DNA of 36,611 bases from Chlamydiota bacterium (GTDB taxonomy: Bacteria; Auribacterota; UBA3054; B51-G9). The stretch lies in contig QMOL01000001.1 in assembly GCA_003648225.1 (NCBI GenBank), positions 1-36,611 on the forward strand. The letters run 5' to 3'. Under the pieces are notes generated by a model. It was not told where the DNA came from and searched no databases. It was given only the letters and a program-made list of their open reading frames with translations. Of this stretch, positions 17,410 to 27,373 are shown in pieces. Numbering within the stretch: position 1 is the stretch's first letter; every line of letters begins with the position of its first letter. A program made the translations under genes and the position numbers.

Positions 17410-20400
17410 TCATTCAATCCTGAAACAGGTGATTCCGTTAAATTCAGCGGTGCAGTTTTCCGCCGCGATGCCGACTTTTGATTTCCCCCATGAACCCGGA
17501 ATTTCAATTTTTTCCTTCCCGTCAATAAATATTATAATTTTATCAGAAAGTTTTACTGAACGAATATTGTATGACGGCTGCCATTCAACTTTTGCGTAAG
17601 TTTTTACGACGCGACAATACGATCCCGGTTTAACAATATATTTCAACCGCAACTGATCTGTTTTGATTTTTTTGAATTTTATTTCATTTTTTGCCTGAGT
17701 AATAGTCTCAACATTTTTCCAATCTTTGTTTTTGTTTTTATATTGTAAAGTCCATTTCACCGGATGTTCAAACGGTTTTCTTTTATCAAAATTTATTTTT
17801 AATTCAGAAATAATTCCAACACGCTTTAAATATAAATTTATTTCTTCCTGCCTGCCGCCCGTTTCGCTGTTAATTACAGTCCACTCGTAAAGTCCGGCTC
17901 CCCTGTTATTTTTTGCGGTAACTTCCATTTTCATGGCTAAAGTTTCAACCGGTTCAAATTCAGCCAGATTAAGTTTATTAATTTCCATTCCGTAAGAAGA
18001 ATTCTTTTTAAGTTTTACGGGTTGCCACGAACCGGCATTATCTTTGTAAAATAATTCCCATGATTTCGGTGTTTGGCAATCTCCGCCGTCTTTAGTGTCA
18101 TCATACCAAATAACTTCTGAACAATCAACAATTTTTGGTGATTGAAAGTCATATTGGAGCCATTCTTTTGTTCCGCGATGGTCCCAGAAAGAGAATTTAG
18201 GAATGTTTTCGCGGGAAGATTTTGATATTAAACTGTCTGCCGCGGCATCAAGTGTATCATATTTCCAGCAATGCGAAGCGGAAATTTTTATGTTTTCCGG
18301 CACTTCAGGCGCTTTGCCTCGCAGGAAAAGCCTTTCCCATTTTTCCAAATTTACAACTTCTTTTTTTATTTTATTACCGTTTCTTTTTCCTGAAATGACG
18401 AGAGATTTTTCTTTCGGACTTAACCACGCTGCAAGGTAATTATTTTCATCAACGTAAACCGGATAGATGCCCGCTTTCGAAGAACCGTAATCTGTGGTCC
18501 GTAATCCGTGGTTCGTATTTTGTATTTTCACTTGAGTTGAGAATTCGTAATTTTCTGAAGGGTCGCCTTTAACGCAGAGGGTTTTACCGGCGTCTGATTT
18601 TAGATTTATTCCGTTATTATCGACAGAGATTTCACCGTTTGGCGACATTTTTTTCCACCCGCAGATTTTTTTATCAAATTCATCCCAGCCGATAGTGTAA
18701 ATAACCCCGTCAAACGCTGCTTGCTGTTTATTGGCGAGGAGTCCCGGTCGGCCTTTTTTTCTGAAAGGTATTTTAAACTTTTTATTACGTGTAATATTTA
18801 CATCATCAACCAAGATTGTGAAGCAGTCGGAATTTTTTTCGAATCTGATTTTATGGAAAGCCGAGAAGTCAAAACTTTTTCCCATCGGGAACTTAATTTT
18901 TTTTATTTTACCTTTAATGGAGATTTCGCTTATAAGAGCTTTTTTGGATGGAGAAAAATAAATTTTCTGATAGTTGGATTTGTCGGCATACCAAGCCATA
19001 ATCCCCCACTCGTTTTCCGGTATTTTAAGCGGTCTTGTCCACAGTTCAAAAATATAATTCTCTGCCGGTTCGGCACAAACAAGAGCGAAAACTTCTTTGA
19101 CCGGAGCTTGAGTATGCAGCCAGTCTTTCGATACGCGTGCCTCGCTGTCAAGTGTGTACCAGATCCCGCCGTGATATTCCCAGTCTTCACCGAATTCATC
19201 ACTTAATCCGTCCATTTTATGTGAGGTAAAATTATCGGAAAAAGTCGCTTTATAGGGCGGAGGCTGATACTGCTGAGGATTGGAACCGGTGGGCCCGTCA
19301 ACATAAAGTTTTTTATCAAAAAAGAAGACGCGATTAATTCCCTGGCAATGGGGTCCTTCATTCCACAACGCGAAATAAATAACAAACCATTCAAAGCCGT
19401 TCGGACCTTTTAAAACCGTTGGTTGTCCTGTATTCCAGATTATGTCATCTTCTTTTTTATTTCCCGGATCAATTAAACCAATATCAAGATATTTTTCGTT
19501 TCTTTTTGATTGACAATGAACCGCGATAACATTTTCCCCGGGATGAAGTTTTGCAATATCTTTTTCTTTAAGGTTTACGAGTCTGGGTCCTGCCCATAAT
19601 AAATTAGTATGAACAAGGTTTCCGTTAAGGTAAAATTCCGCGCTATCGAGATGCCTTACTTTCAATTGAAGATTAGTTGAGAACTTTTCCGGAAGAGTGA
19701 ATTTCAGGCGCGTCCATATATCATCTGAATTCCACAAGGTGGCGACATCGTGAATTCTTGAATTTTGCCGAATTGGCGAGCCGAAAGCGCCGTATTTTTT
19801 CTTCCATGTTTTATCGGTTTTAAAATTCGGCATCATCCAGTTTCCTGCGGGTTGATTTGTAGTGAAATTCCATTTGGGCCCGCCGTTGGCGCCCCAGGGG
19901 ATAATGGTTTCAACTTCGTCAAAAATCCGTTCATCGCTTTGCTCCATAACGGGCCATGGATATTTTGTTTGATTGCTGAAACCGAGGGGAGATTTTGCAG
20001 TCGCACAACCAACTAAATAATTTGCCATTTCTATACTTGTAACATTTGCAGCATATAAAAGGTAGTAAGTATTGCGATATTTAATAACTTCCGGTCCTTC
20101 ATTAACTTTCCAATCGCGCCACTCCCAAGAGTTTGGGATAGCTGAAATCAGGGAAACGGATTTACCGATAAGTTTACCCGGTGCCGCCATTTCCTGTCCA
20201 CAGATAACATTTCCGTCTGTATATTTTACGGTATAAAAATAAAGTTTACCGTCATCGTCAACAAACAAAAAGGGATCTATTTCTCTGTCAAAGCGAGTTG
20301 GCATTTCTTTGTATTGCCCGAGTGGTTTTTCCGCGATGGCATATCCGATACCGTTCCAATAGAAATGGATTTTTCCATTAATGTAGCGTATGCCCGGCGC

Positions 20401-20664
20401 GTGCATTTCTTTTTCATCATTTCTGTTTATCCAAGCAGCTTTAGTTTGAAAAAACGAAACAGGACCATGCCAATTTACCAAATCAGGTGATATTAAGAAT
20501 TGTCCCGGTAAACCAACACCACTAATAAAATATTCGCCACAATAACTCATGGCTCCCGCATCAGCACAACGAGCAACCGGATTTTGGAGTTTTTCGTGTG
20601 TAGAAGCATTTGCCATAGATAACAAAGTTAAGAAAAGTAAAAGTAGAATAAAATTATTGGCCAT
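17410..20664 (-). CDS. Secreted multimodular GH43-type glycoside hydrolase with accessory beta-sandwich/discoidin-like domains
   Basis: Signal peptide, NPV..CAD (D35), SPDLVNW, HAP, IDP (D130) and NEGP (E189). C-terminal EWLQYDF...WYDD...PKSW...GLYEW F5/8-like module. Confidence 0.85.
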   Translation of the reverse strand: MANNFILLLLFLTLLSMANASTHEKLQNPVARCADAGAMSYCGEYFISGVGLPGQFLISPDLVNWHGPVSFFQTKAAWINRNDEKEMHAPGIRYINGKIHFYWNGIGYAIAEKPLGQYKEMPTRFDREIDPFLFVDDDGKLYFYTVKYTDGNVICGQEMAAPGKLIGKSVSLISAIPNSWEWRDWKVNEGPEVIKYRNTYYLLYAANVTSIEMANYLVGCATAKSPLGFSNQTKYPWPVMEQSDERIFDEVETIIPWGANGGPKWNFTTNQPAGNWMMPNFKTDKTWKKKYGAFGSPIRQNSRIHDVATLWNSDDIWTRLKFTLPEKFSTNLQLKVRHLDSAEFYLNGNLVHTNLLWAGPRLVNLKEKDIAKLHPGENVIAVHCQSKRNEKYLDIGLIDPGNKKEDDIIWNTGQPTVLKGPNGFEWFVIYFALWNEGPHCQGINRVFFFDKKLYVDGPTGSNPQQYQPPPYKATFSDNFTSHKMDGLSDEFGEDWEYHGGIWYTLDSEARVSKDWLHTQAPVKEVFALVCAEPAENYIFELWTRPLKIPENEWGIMAWYADKSNYQKIYFSPSKKALISEISIKGKIKKIKFPMGKSFDFSAFHKIRFEKNSDCFTILVDDVNITRNKKFKIPFRKKGRPGLLANKQQAAFDGVIYTIGWDEFDKKICGWKKMSPNGEISVDNNGINLKSDAGKTLCVKGDPSENYEFSTQVKIQNTNHGLRTTDYGSSKAGIYPVYVDENNYLAAWLSPKEKSLVISGKRNGNKIKKEVVNLEKWERLFLRGKAPEVPENIKISASHCWKYDTLDAAADSLISKSSRENIPKFSFWDHRGTKEWLQYDFQSPKIVDCSEVIWYDDTKDGGDCQTPKSWELFYKDNAGSWQPVKLKKNSSYGMEINKLNLAEFEPVETLAMKMEVTAKNNRGAGLYEWTVINSETGGRQEEINLYLKRVGIISELKINFDKRKPFEHPVKWTLQYKNKNKDWKNVETITQAKNEIKFKKIKTDQLRLKYIVKPGSYCRVVKTYAKVEWQPSYNIRSVKLSDKIIIFIDGKEKIEIPGSWGKSKVGIAAENCTAEFNGITCFRIE
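18485..18526. repeat. Heptamer tandem repeat inside the GH43 CDS
   Basis: ccgtaat ctgtggt ccgtaat ccgtggt tcgtatt ttgtatt (6 x 7 bp = 42 bp, frame-preserving). Confidence 0.65.
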
Positions 20665-20733
20665 GTTAGATATTTTAAAAGTTATATTTTTTTAATGAAT
20701 CAGCCGTTAAAGTTTTGATTATTATACCAAATC

Positions 20734-20762
20734 TTGACTTTATGAGCGAACGAGGTTATAAT
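20734..20762 (+). promoter_or_regulatory. Sigma-70 promoter
   Basis: TTGACT-N17-TATAAT, 45 nt before ATG 20808. Confidence 0.7.
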
Positions 20763-20807
20763 ATTCGGCAAAGGAAAAATAATTTTAACATTTTAACGAG
20801 GTTCTTT

Positions 20808-21332
20808 ATGAAAACATCTAAATTTATTATTGGATTTATTTTTGTCGCGTTAGCACTTGTTGCTTCGACCTATGCTTCTCCTAATACAAAGGAAAAAGGG
20901 AAAAAGTTAATAGTTGAAGATTGCGCTCTTTTATGCGAAGCATCCGAAAACAGGTCCTGGATATTTGAAACTTCAACCAATTGGGCCGCGGGAAATTTAG
21001 TCTATGGACCAATTGAGATTCTCGCAGGAGTAGGAACACCTGTAATCGGAATGTTTGCCGGATTTGGTGCCGGTATAGCCGTACCGCATTTTTTTATGAA
21101 AAAAGGCAGCGAGATATTATTACCTGCCACAATCCCCTGCGGAACAGTCGCGGGCGCAGCGTGTGGTTTGGCGATCACGCCCATATGCGCAATAGAGGGG
21201 CTTTTTGACACGCTTACCGGCGGTTTTTTTGCTGACGGTTATTTTTCCTGGATTAACACAAGCGATTTGAAAAGTATAAGTATGAAAACTGTTCAGGATG
21301 AGATTGTTGAACAAACGACCGACCAAAAATAA
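20808..21332 (+). CDS. Hypothetical exported/membrane protein with Gly-rich hydrophobic helices
   Basis: Start moved to ATG 20808 (GAGG upstream, promoter lies inside the longer ORF). Signal peptide MKTSKFIIGFIFVALALVASTYA, GNLVYGPIEI and EGLFDTLTGG segments. Confidence 0.7.
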   Translation: MKTSKFIIGFIFVALALVASTYASPNTKEKGKKLIVEDCALLCEASENRSWIFETSTNWAAGNLVYGPIEILAGVGTPVIGMFAGFGAGIAVPHFFMKKGSEILLPATIPCGTVAGAACGLAITPICAIEGLFDTLTGGFFADGYFSWINTSDLKSISMKTVQDEIVEQTTDQK

Positions 21333-21384
21333 CTATCGCTTTAAATAAATTACGATTATCTAAGCAGTAAAACTATTTAATTCC

Positions 21385-22539
21385 TTAAAAAGTCAATTTT
21401 AATAAGGATTTTGCCGACCATGTAGGTTTACCGAGTAAATTTCGAATAAATTCCTGTATGATCAAAATATCTTTATAATCCTGTTTCATATTATTCAGAG
21501 ATTTTTCATTAAAGATTTTTGCTATAGCGGATTTTCTGAAAGGATTTAAGCCTTTTGGTTTTTTATAGCTCCATTTTCTTACATAATTACAGTATTCTTT
21601 ATACAGGGCATTTTTTGTTTTTGGGCTCATTTTATTTATTTTTATTATTATATCTGTTGTGCTCTGAACATTTATTTTCGGGTTTCCAAATACATCGTTG
21701 AAAGTTTTTAATGTATTTTGAAGCACAGTATAAATATGATAACTTTTAATTATATTCATCCCTTTCCATCCCGCGCTTTGCCAGGAAAACATTGCCACAG
21801 CAGTTTTGTTATCGGGCATTTCCATATAAACAGAAATAGTGCTTGAAATATACATTTGGGATTTAACCCATGTGACTCCAGGCATATTCATTCCCGGCTT
21901 TTGGCTGTAATAAAAAACCCCATCGTCAACCGGACCAACAGGGATACCACGCATACTGAATGATGAAGGTTCTAACATATCAGAAATAGAAATCATAATT
22001 TCCGTGCCGTTTATATTCGCGCGCGTAATTGTTCGAGAGTTTGTGTATGAATAATAAGCTCCTGATTGAAGATTTGGAGTAATGCATTCAACAGACAGAT
22101 AAGATGTTTCAAATGATTCATTTGTATTGAGGCTTTTTGAGGTTTCAGAAAAAAACTTTTTTGATTGAGGAGATAAATTTATTTTTTTTGAATATCTTAA
22201 TACATTATAAAAAAAAGCTGCATCAGATAAACCAGACGCAAGATTTATTTCCAAGACCTTCTTAAAAGGAATGTTGAAAGATCTAATAATTGCTGCCCCT
22301 TTCGCACCGCGGCGTGGTTTTATCTGCCATAAATGATCATCATTAGCTGCCGACAATATAAAATCATAAAGATTTTTGATATTATCATCAGTCACGACTG
22401 CCTTAGTATCAACTTTTCCCCCTGTAATTATATTTTCTATTGCCATTTCAACTTTATCAGGCAGTTTTTTTTCTTTTCCATTTACAATTCCTGTAAATAG
22501 ACAAGAGGTAATAAGTATAGAAATAATTATATTTTTCAA
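21385..22539 (-). CDS. Hypothetical exported protein
   Basis: 384-aa ORF with a TTG start and a signal-peptide-like N-terminus. No family recognised. Confidence 0.7.
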   Translation of the reverse strand: MKNIIISILITSCLFTGIVNGKEKKLPDKVEMAIENIITGGKVDTKAVVTDDNIKNLYDFILSAANDDHLWQIKPRRGAKGAAIIRSFNIPFKKVLEINLASGLSDAAFFYNVLRYSKKINLSPQSKKFFSETSKSLNTNESFETSYLSVECITPNLQSGAYYSYTNSRTITRANINGTEIMISISDMLEPSSFSMRGIPVGPVDDGVFYYSQKPGMNMPGVTWVKSQMYISSTISVYMEMPDNKTAVAMFSWQSAGWKGMNIIKSYHIYTVLQNTLKTFNDVFGNPKINVQSTTDIIIKINKMSPKTKNALYKEYCNYVRKWSYKKPKGLNPFRKSAIAKIFNEKSLNNMKQDYKDILIIQEFIRNLLGKPTWSAKSLLKLTF

Positions 22540-22546
22540 AATTATA

Positions 22547-22612
22547 TTCGTTAATCGTTATTCGTTATTCGTTATTCGTTCTATTAACAATTAACCAATA
22601 ACTAACAACTAT
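22547..22612. repeat. Opposed heptamer tandem-repeat tracts
   Basis: About five TTCGTTA units followed by TAACAAT/TAACCAA/TAACTAA/CAACTAT units in the opposite orientation. Confidence 0.75.
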
Positions 22613-22613
22613 T

Positions 22614-24140
22614 TTACGGCATCGTTCTTGTTCTGTAATTTGGCGCTTCTTTAGAAATACGCACATCATGCGGGTGAGCTTCTGTTACGCCTGAAGCGGT
22701 AATACATTTGAATTTGCCGTTTTTCCTAAGTTTAGGAATTGTTTTTGTTCCATTATAACCCATTGAAGACCTAAGTCCGCCAATGAATTGCTGTACCACT
22801 CCGTCAACGCTGCCTGCATAAGGGACAAGACCTTCAATTCCTTCCGGAACGAGTTTATCTGATTGTTTAATATTGTGTTGAGAGTATCTTTCTCTTGAAC
22901 TTTCGGAAGTAAGCATAGCGCCGAGGCTTCCCATTCCGCGATAGACTACAAATTGTCTACCTTGATGAATAATTTTTTCGCCCGGACTTTCATCTGTTCC
23001 GGCAAGTACAGACCCCATCATAACCGACGTTGCGCCTGCAACGAGAGCTTTTGGCACATCGCCCGAGTGACGAATTCCGCCGTCGGAAATAATAGGAATT
23101 TCATCTTTGACTGCTTTAACTGCGTCATAAACGGCGGAAATTTGCGGGATTCCCACTCCCGTGATTACTCTTGTCGTACAAATCGAGCCCGGGCCTACGC
23201 CCACTTTTACTGCGTCTGCTCCCGCTTTCATAAGGTCTTTTGCTGCTTCACCTGTAGCGATATTTCCTGCTACAACATCAACATCGGGAAAATGTTTTTT
23301 CACCCATTTAACCATATCAATTACACCTTTAGAATGACCATGGGCCGTATCAATAACAAGAACATCTACATTCTCATCAACAAGCATTTTCACTCTCGCC
23401 TGGTCACGCGGCCCAATGGCGGCTGCAACTCTCAGCTGGTGATTTTCGTCTCTATTAATTAGCGGGTCAATTCCCTGAATGATATTACGAACATCTGTAT
23501 AGCTGTAAAGTCCTGTCAATTTACCCTGTTTAACGATAGGCAATTTACCGACTTTTTTTTCGGTCATAATCGCGAAAGCTTGATTAAGAGAGGTTGACAC
23601 GGGAGCGGTAATAACGTTTTTAGTCATTACATTTTTTAATATTACATTTGTTTTTTTCAAGAATTTCACATCGCGTGAGGTAATAATGCCGGTAAGTTTT
23701 CCTTTGTTATTAACGATTGGAAATCCCATAAAGGTATAACTTTTAACTTCCCTCATTTTCAGCATTTCATCAACAGTTTGATTTTCATTAAATACTATCG
23801 GGTCACTAATCAATCCATTAAGATAGTGTTTAACTTTAGCAACGTGTAAAGCCTGGGTTTCAGACGTTAAGCCACGATGAATAACACCTATTCCGCCAAG
23901 CATTGCCATAGCAATAGCCATTCTTGCTTCTGTAACGGTATCCATTGCCGCGCTTGCAAAAGGAACATTTAGTTTTACATTTCTTGTAAAACGAGTTTTG
24001 AGAGAAGTTTCCGATGGAAGGAAATCAGCATATTGTGTTATCAGAGTTACATCATCAAAAGTCAATGCGGTATTACCGATGCTTTTCATCAATTTATCAA
24101 CACTGGCATTCAGTGTTGTTTTTTTGTGTCGTTTTACCAT
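22614..24140 (-). CDS. guaB: Inosine-5'-monophosphate dehydrogenase with CBS pair
   Basis: [32 protein letters not shown] (catalytic Cys), YRGMGS and PEGIEG. Start moved to ATG 24140 to remove the purD overlap. Confidence 0.97.
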   Translation of the reverse strand: MVKRHKKTTLNASVDKLMKSIGNTALTFDDVTLITQYADFLPSETSLKTRFTRNVKLNVPFASAAMDTVTEARMAIAMAMLGGIGVIHRGLTSETQALHVAKVKHYLNGLISDPIVFNENQTVDEMLKMREVKSYTFMGFPIVNNKGKLTGIITSRDVKFLKKTNVILKNVMTKNVITAPVSTSLNQAFAIMTEKKVGKLPIVKQGKLTGLYSYTDVRNIIQGIDPLINRDENHQLRVAAAIGPRDQARVKMLVDENVDVLVIDTAHGHSKGVIDMVKWVKKHFPDVDVVAGNIATGEAAKDLMKAGADAVKVGVGPGSICTTRVITGVGIPQISAVYDAVKAVKDEIPIISDGGIRHSGDVPKALVAGATSVMMGSVLAGTDESPGEKIIHQGRQFVVYRGMGSLGAMLTSESSRERYSQHNIKQSDKLVPEGIEGLVPYAGSVDGVVQQFIGGLRSSMGYNGTKTIPKLRKNGKFKCITASGVTEAHPHDVRISKEAPNYRTRTMP

Positions 24141-24180
24141 TTTATGAATTTTGTTATTTATTGTAAGTTTAGCTTTTTCT

Positions 24181-25449
24181 CTAATTAAGTGCCTTTGCGC
24201 CAATATCCCATCGAAAATGCATCTGATCAAAATGAATTTTTTCTACTGCTTGATACGCCGTTTCTATCGCATCGGATAAATTATCACCTAATGCTGTAAC
24301 ACCAAGTACCCGCCCGCCGTTTGTTACAAGTTCTCCGTGTCGTAAATCGGTACCGGAATGAAAAATGATTACGTCTTTATTTTTTTCAGCATCTTCAATT
24401 CCTGTGATCTGCAAATGTTTATGATATTTCCCGGGATAACCGCCTGAAGCCATAACTACGCATACGGCAGGTCGATTGTCCCACTTTAATTCTATTGAAC
24501 TCAACTTTCCGGTTGCCGTAGCCAGACACAAATCAACAAAATCAGTTTTTAATCTCGGAAGAACAGCTTGGGTTTCCGGATCTCCAAAGCGAACATTAAA
24601 TTCCAGCACGTTAATTTTAGCGTCTTGAATCATCAATCCGGCATAAAGCACGCCATGGAAATCCATACCTTCCGCTTTCAAGCCATCGAGGGCTGGCTTC
24701 AGAACTTTTCTATTTATTTTTTCCATAACTCCGGGTGTAACGACCGGCGCCGGAGAATAAGCTCCCATTCCGCCTGTATTTGGTCCTCGGTCACCATCAT
24801 AAGCGGCTTTGTGGTCCTGCGATGTTTCAAGCGGAACAATAATTTTTCCATCGGTTAAAGCGAGAATTGATGCTTCTTCACCGTAAAGCATATCTTCGAT
24901 AAGAAGCTGCCTACCCGCGTCACCGAATGTTTTATCTTCCATTATAAGTTTGACGGCTTGTTTCGCCTCTTCATTCGATTTACAAACTATAACACCTTTT
25001 CCCGCGGCGAGACCATCTGCTTTTACAACGAGTGGTATATTTTTTTCATTGATATAATCCAAAGCTTTTTTCTGATTGTCAAAGCATTTGAAATTCGCGG
25101 TTGGGATACCATATTTTTGCATAAACCGCTTTGCGAAAACTTTTGATCCTTCAAGTTGAGCTCCTTTTTTATCGGGCCCGAAGATTTGTAAATTTCTATT
25201 GTGAAATTCATTAACAATCCCCGCGCAAAGCGGTACTTCAGGCCCAACAATCGTCAGACCAATATTATTCTCTTCAGCAAATTTGGCGAGAGCAGAATAA
25301 TCGTCCGCGGGCACGGGAACAGGTTCACAGATGTTTAATATCCCCGCGTTACCGGGAGTGCAGAAGATTTTTTTTACACGAATTGATTTTTTCACTTTGT
25401 ATGCAATAGCATGTTCTCGTCCGCCACTTCCGATAATTAATACATTCAT
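24181..25449 (-). CDS. purD: Phosphoribosylamine-glycine ligase
   Basis: GSGGREHA, VGPE, KADGLAAGKGV, GPNTGGMGAYSP, EFNVRFGDPETQ and TNGGRVL. Confidence 0.98.
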   Translation of the reverse strand: MNVLIIGSGGREHAIAYKVKKSIRVKKIFCTPGNAGILNICEPVPVPADDYSALAKFAEENNIGLTIVGPEVPLCAGIVNEFHNRNLQIFGPDKKGAQLEGSKVFAKRFMQKYGIPTANFKCFDNQKKALDYINEKNIPLVVKADGLAAGKGVIVCKSNEEAKQAVKLIMEDKTFGDAGRQLLIEDMLYGEEASILALTDGKIIVPLETSQDHKAAYDGDRGPNTGGMGAYSPAPVVTPGVMEKINRKVLKPALDGLKAEGMDFHGVLYAGLMIQDAKINVLEFNVRFGDPETQAVLPRLKTDFVDLCLATATGKLSSIELKWDNRPAVCVVMASGGYPGKYHKHLQITGIEDAEKNKDVIIFHSGTDLRHGELVTNGGRVLGVTALGDNLSDAIETAYQAVEKIHFDQMHFRWDIGAKALN

Positions 25450-25654
25450 AATAAGAAATAGTTAGTAAGTTACATAGAAAAATAAATTATTTTACATATT
25501 AGTATTTATTATACAATAAATTAAAGAAAATATCTACAACATTTGAAAATCCTTTTTTGGTATAATATGTAGAGTACTTATGCCACATAAGAAATCCTAC
25601 TACGGCGGACTTTCAGCACAAGAACACATAAATAAATAAACCCAGAGGCAAAAA

Positions 25655-27115
25655 ATGAAAAAATTCGCATTATTATCCCTTTCGGCGATTCTTCTCGTTA
25701 GCACCTGTAACGCCAACACTTCCACCGAAACAAAAAGCAAAGGCAGCAGCATTTCTTCTGCTGCATCAACACTTGCTGACCAGAAAAAAATTGCTGTTAC
25801 AATATATAATTCAGGTTTTGGTGTCATACGCGATGAACGCGAAATGACTCTGCCGACAGGAATTGTTGATTTAAAATTTATGGAAGTAGCAAGTCAAATC
25901 CAGCCGGAAACTGTTCAGATCGACCCGATAACCGCCGGGAATAAATTAACAGTTCTTGAACAAAATTATGAATATGATTTAATGTCACCGGCTAAACTGA
26001 TGGAAAAATATGTCGGTAAAAAAGTTACCCTTATACAAAGAAATGATTTTAAAGGATCACGAATCAATGTCAGTGCTACTTTAATAAGTTACAACAATCG
26101 GCAACCGATTTATAAAATCGGAAATAAAATTGTTATAAACCGCGGAATGGAAGAAGTTGAACTACCGACGATCCCGGAAAATCTTGTTTCCGAGCCGACA
26201 CTAATCTGGAAACTTGATAATCTTTTCCCGAAGAAACAGGAAATTGTCGCAAATTATATGACGCGGGGAATGAGATGGAATGCCGATTACGTTGCAGTGT
26301 TGTCTGCAAACGACAAAAAATGCGGATTGAACGGTTGGGTGACAATTGATAATAATTGCGGCGCGACATTCAAAAACGCCCAACTGAAACTTGTTGCCGG
26401 AGATGTGCAAAGAGTAATGCAGGCAGGAGGTGGACCGATGTCTAACATGATGACAATGGATTATTCACGCAAATCCAAAAAAAGTTTTAAAGAAGAAAGT
26501 TTGTTCGAATATCATATGTACACACTTGACCGCCCGACAACATTAAAACAAAATCAGAAAAAACAAATTTCTTTGCTTGAGGCGCACGGGATTGATATTA
26601 CGAAGATTTACCGCTGTATCGGTCAGAATTATTTTTACAGAAACCGTCGCGGTGATATGATTAAAAACATAAAGATCGGTGTGTTCATTTCATTTATGAA
26701 CAGCAAGACTAATAACCTCGGCATTCCGCTGCCAAAAGGCACTGTAAGAGTTTATAAAGCCGATTCCTCAGGTAATAATCAGTTCGTCGGTGAAGATAGA
26801 ATTGACCATACACCGAAAAACGAAAAGATTGAAGTTAAGCTTGGTGATGCTTTTGACATCATTTCCGAACGCAGACAAACTTCCTGGAAAAAAATTGGAG
26901 ATAACACTTATGATACAGGCTGGGAAATCAAAATCAGAAATCATAAAAATGAAGATATTGTGGTAAATGTTGTTGAACCGTTCGGATGCGATTGGCAGAT
27001 TTTAAAGAGCTCGCAAAAATATGAAAAAAAAGACGCGTTTACCGCTGTTTTTAAAGTTCCGGTCAAGAAAAATTCGGAAACTGTACTAACTTACAATGCA
27101 AGATTAAAATGGTGA
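25655..27115 (+). CDS. DUF4139-domain exported protein
   Basis: VTIYN..G.IRD, LEQNYEYDL, PTLIW, WNADY, LKLVAGDV, LGIPLPKGTVRVY, GEDRIDHTP and LGDAFD. Possible lipobox VST-C. Confidence 0.85.
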   Translation: MKKFALLSLSAILLVSTCNANTSTETKSKGSSISSAASTLADQKKIAVTIYNSGFGVIRDEREMTLPTGIVDLKFMEVASQIQPETVQIDPITAGNKLTVLEQNYEYDLMSPAKLMEKYVGKKVTLIQRNDFKGSRINVSATLISYNNRQPIYKIGNKIVINRGMEEVELPTIPENLVSEPTLIWKLDNLFPKKQEIVANYMTRGMRWNADYVAVLSANDKKCGLNGWVTIDNNCGATFKNAQLKLVAGDVQRVMQAGGGPMSNMMTMDYSRKSKKSFKEESLFEYHMYTLDRPTTLKQNQKKQISLLEAHGIDITKIYRCIGQNYFYRNRRGDMIKNIKIGVFISFMNSKTNNLGIPLPKGTVRVYKADSSGNNQFVGEDRIDHTPKNEKIEVKLGDAFDIISERRQTSWKKIGDNTYDTGWEIKIRNHKNEDIVVNVVEPFGCDWQILKSSQKYEKKDAFTAVFKVPVKKNSETVLTYNARLKW

Positions 27116-27154
27116 CACGAATCCTCCGAAAATTTCAACCACGAAAAAATTAAC

Positions 27155-27184
27155 CACTAATGAACACTAATGCACACTAATGAA
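27155..27184. repeat. Decamer tandem repeat
   Basis: CACTAATGAA CACTAATGCA CACTAATGAA. Confidence 0.75.
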
Positions 27185-27267
27185 TAAAAAGAGACCAAAA
27201 AACATAATTTATAAGTCTTTGTAATTTAATATAAAAGTTGAAATTGAAATTGACATCTGAAATTAAT

Positions 27268-27357
27268 TGTCTGTTTTGTCCGTTTTGTCCGTTTTGTCCG
27301 TTTTGTCCGTTTGGTCCGTTTGGTCTGTTTGGTCCGTTTGGTCTGTTTGGTCCGTTT
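27268..27357. repeat. Nonamer tandem repeat, 10 copies
   Basis: (T/G)GTC(C/T)GTTT x10, ending 16 nt before the lipA ATG. Confidence 0.9.
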
Positions 27358-27373
27358 AACTTATTAAAAAAAT

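Noticed and set aside
25512..25539. TACAATAAA matching the ECF -35 half
   Set aside because: No CGTCA at the required spacing.
27268..27357. Possible CRISPR array
   Set aside because: Contiguous 9-bp units with no spacers, and no cas genes in the window.
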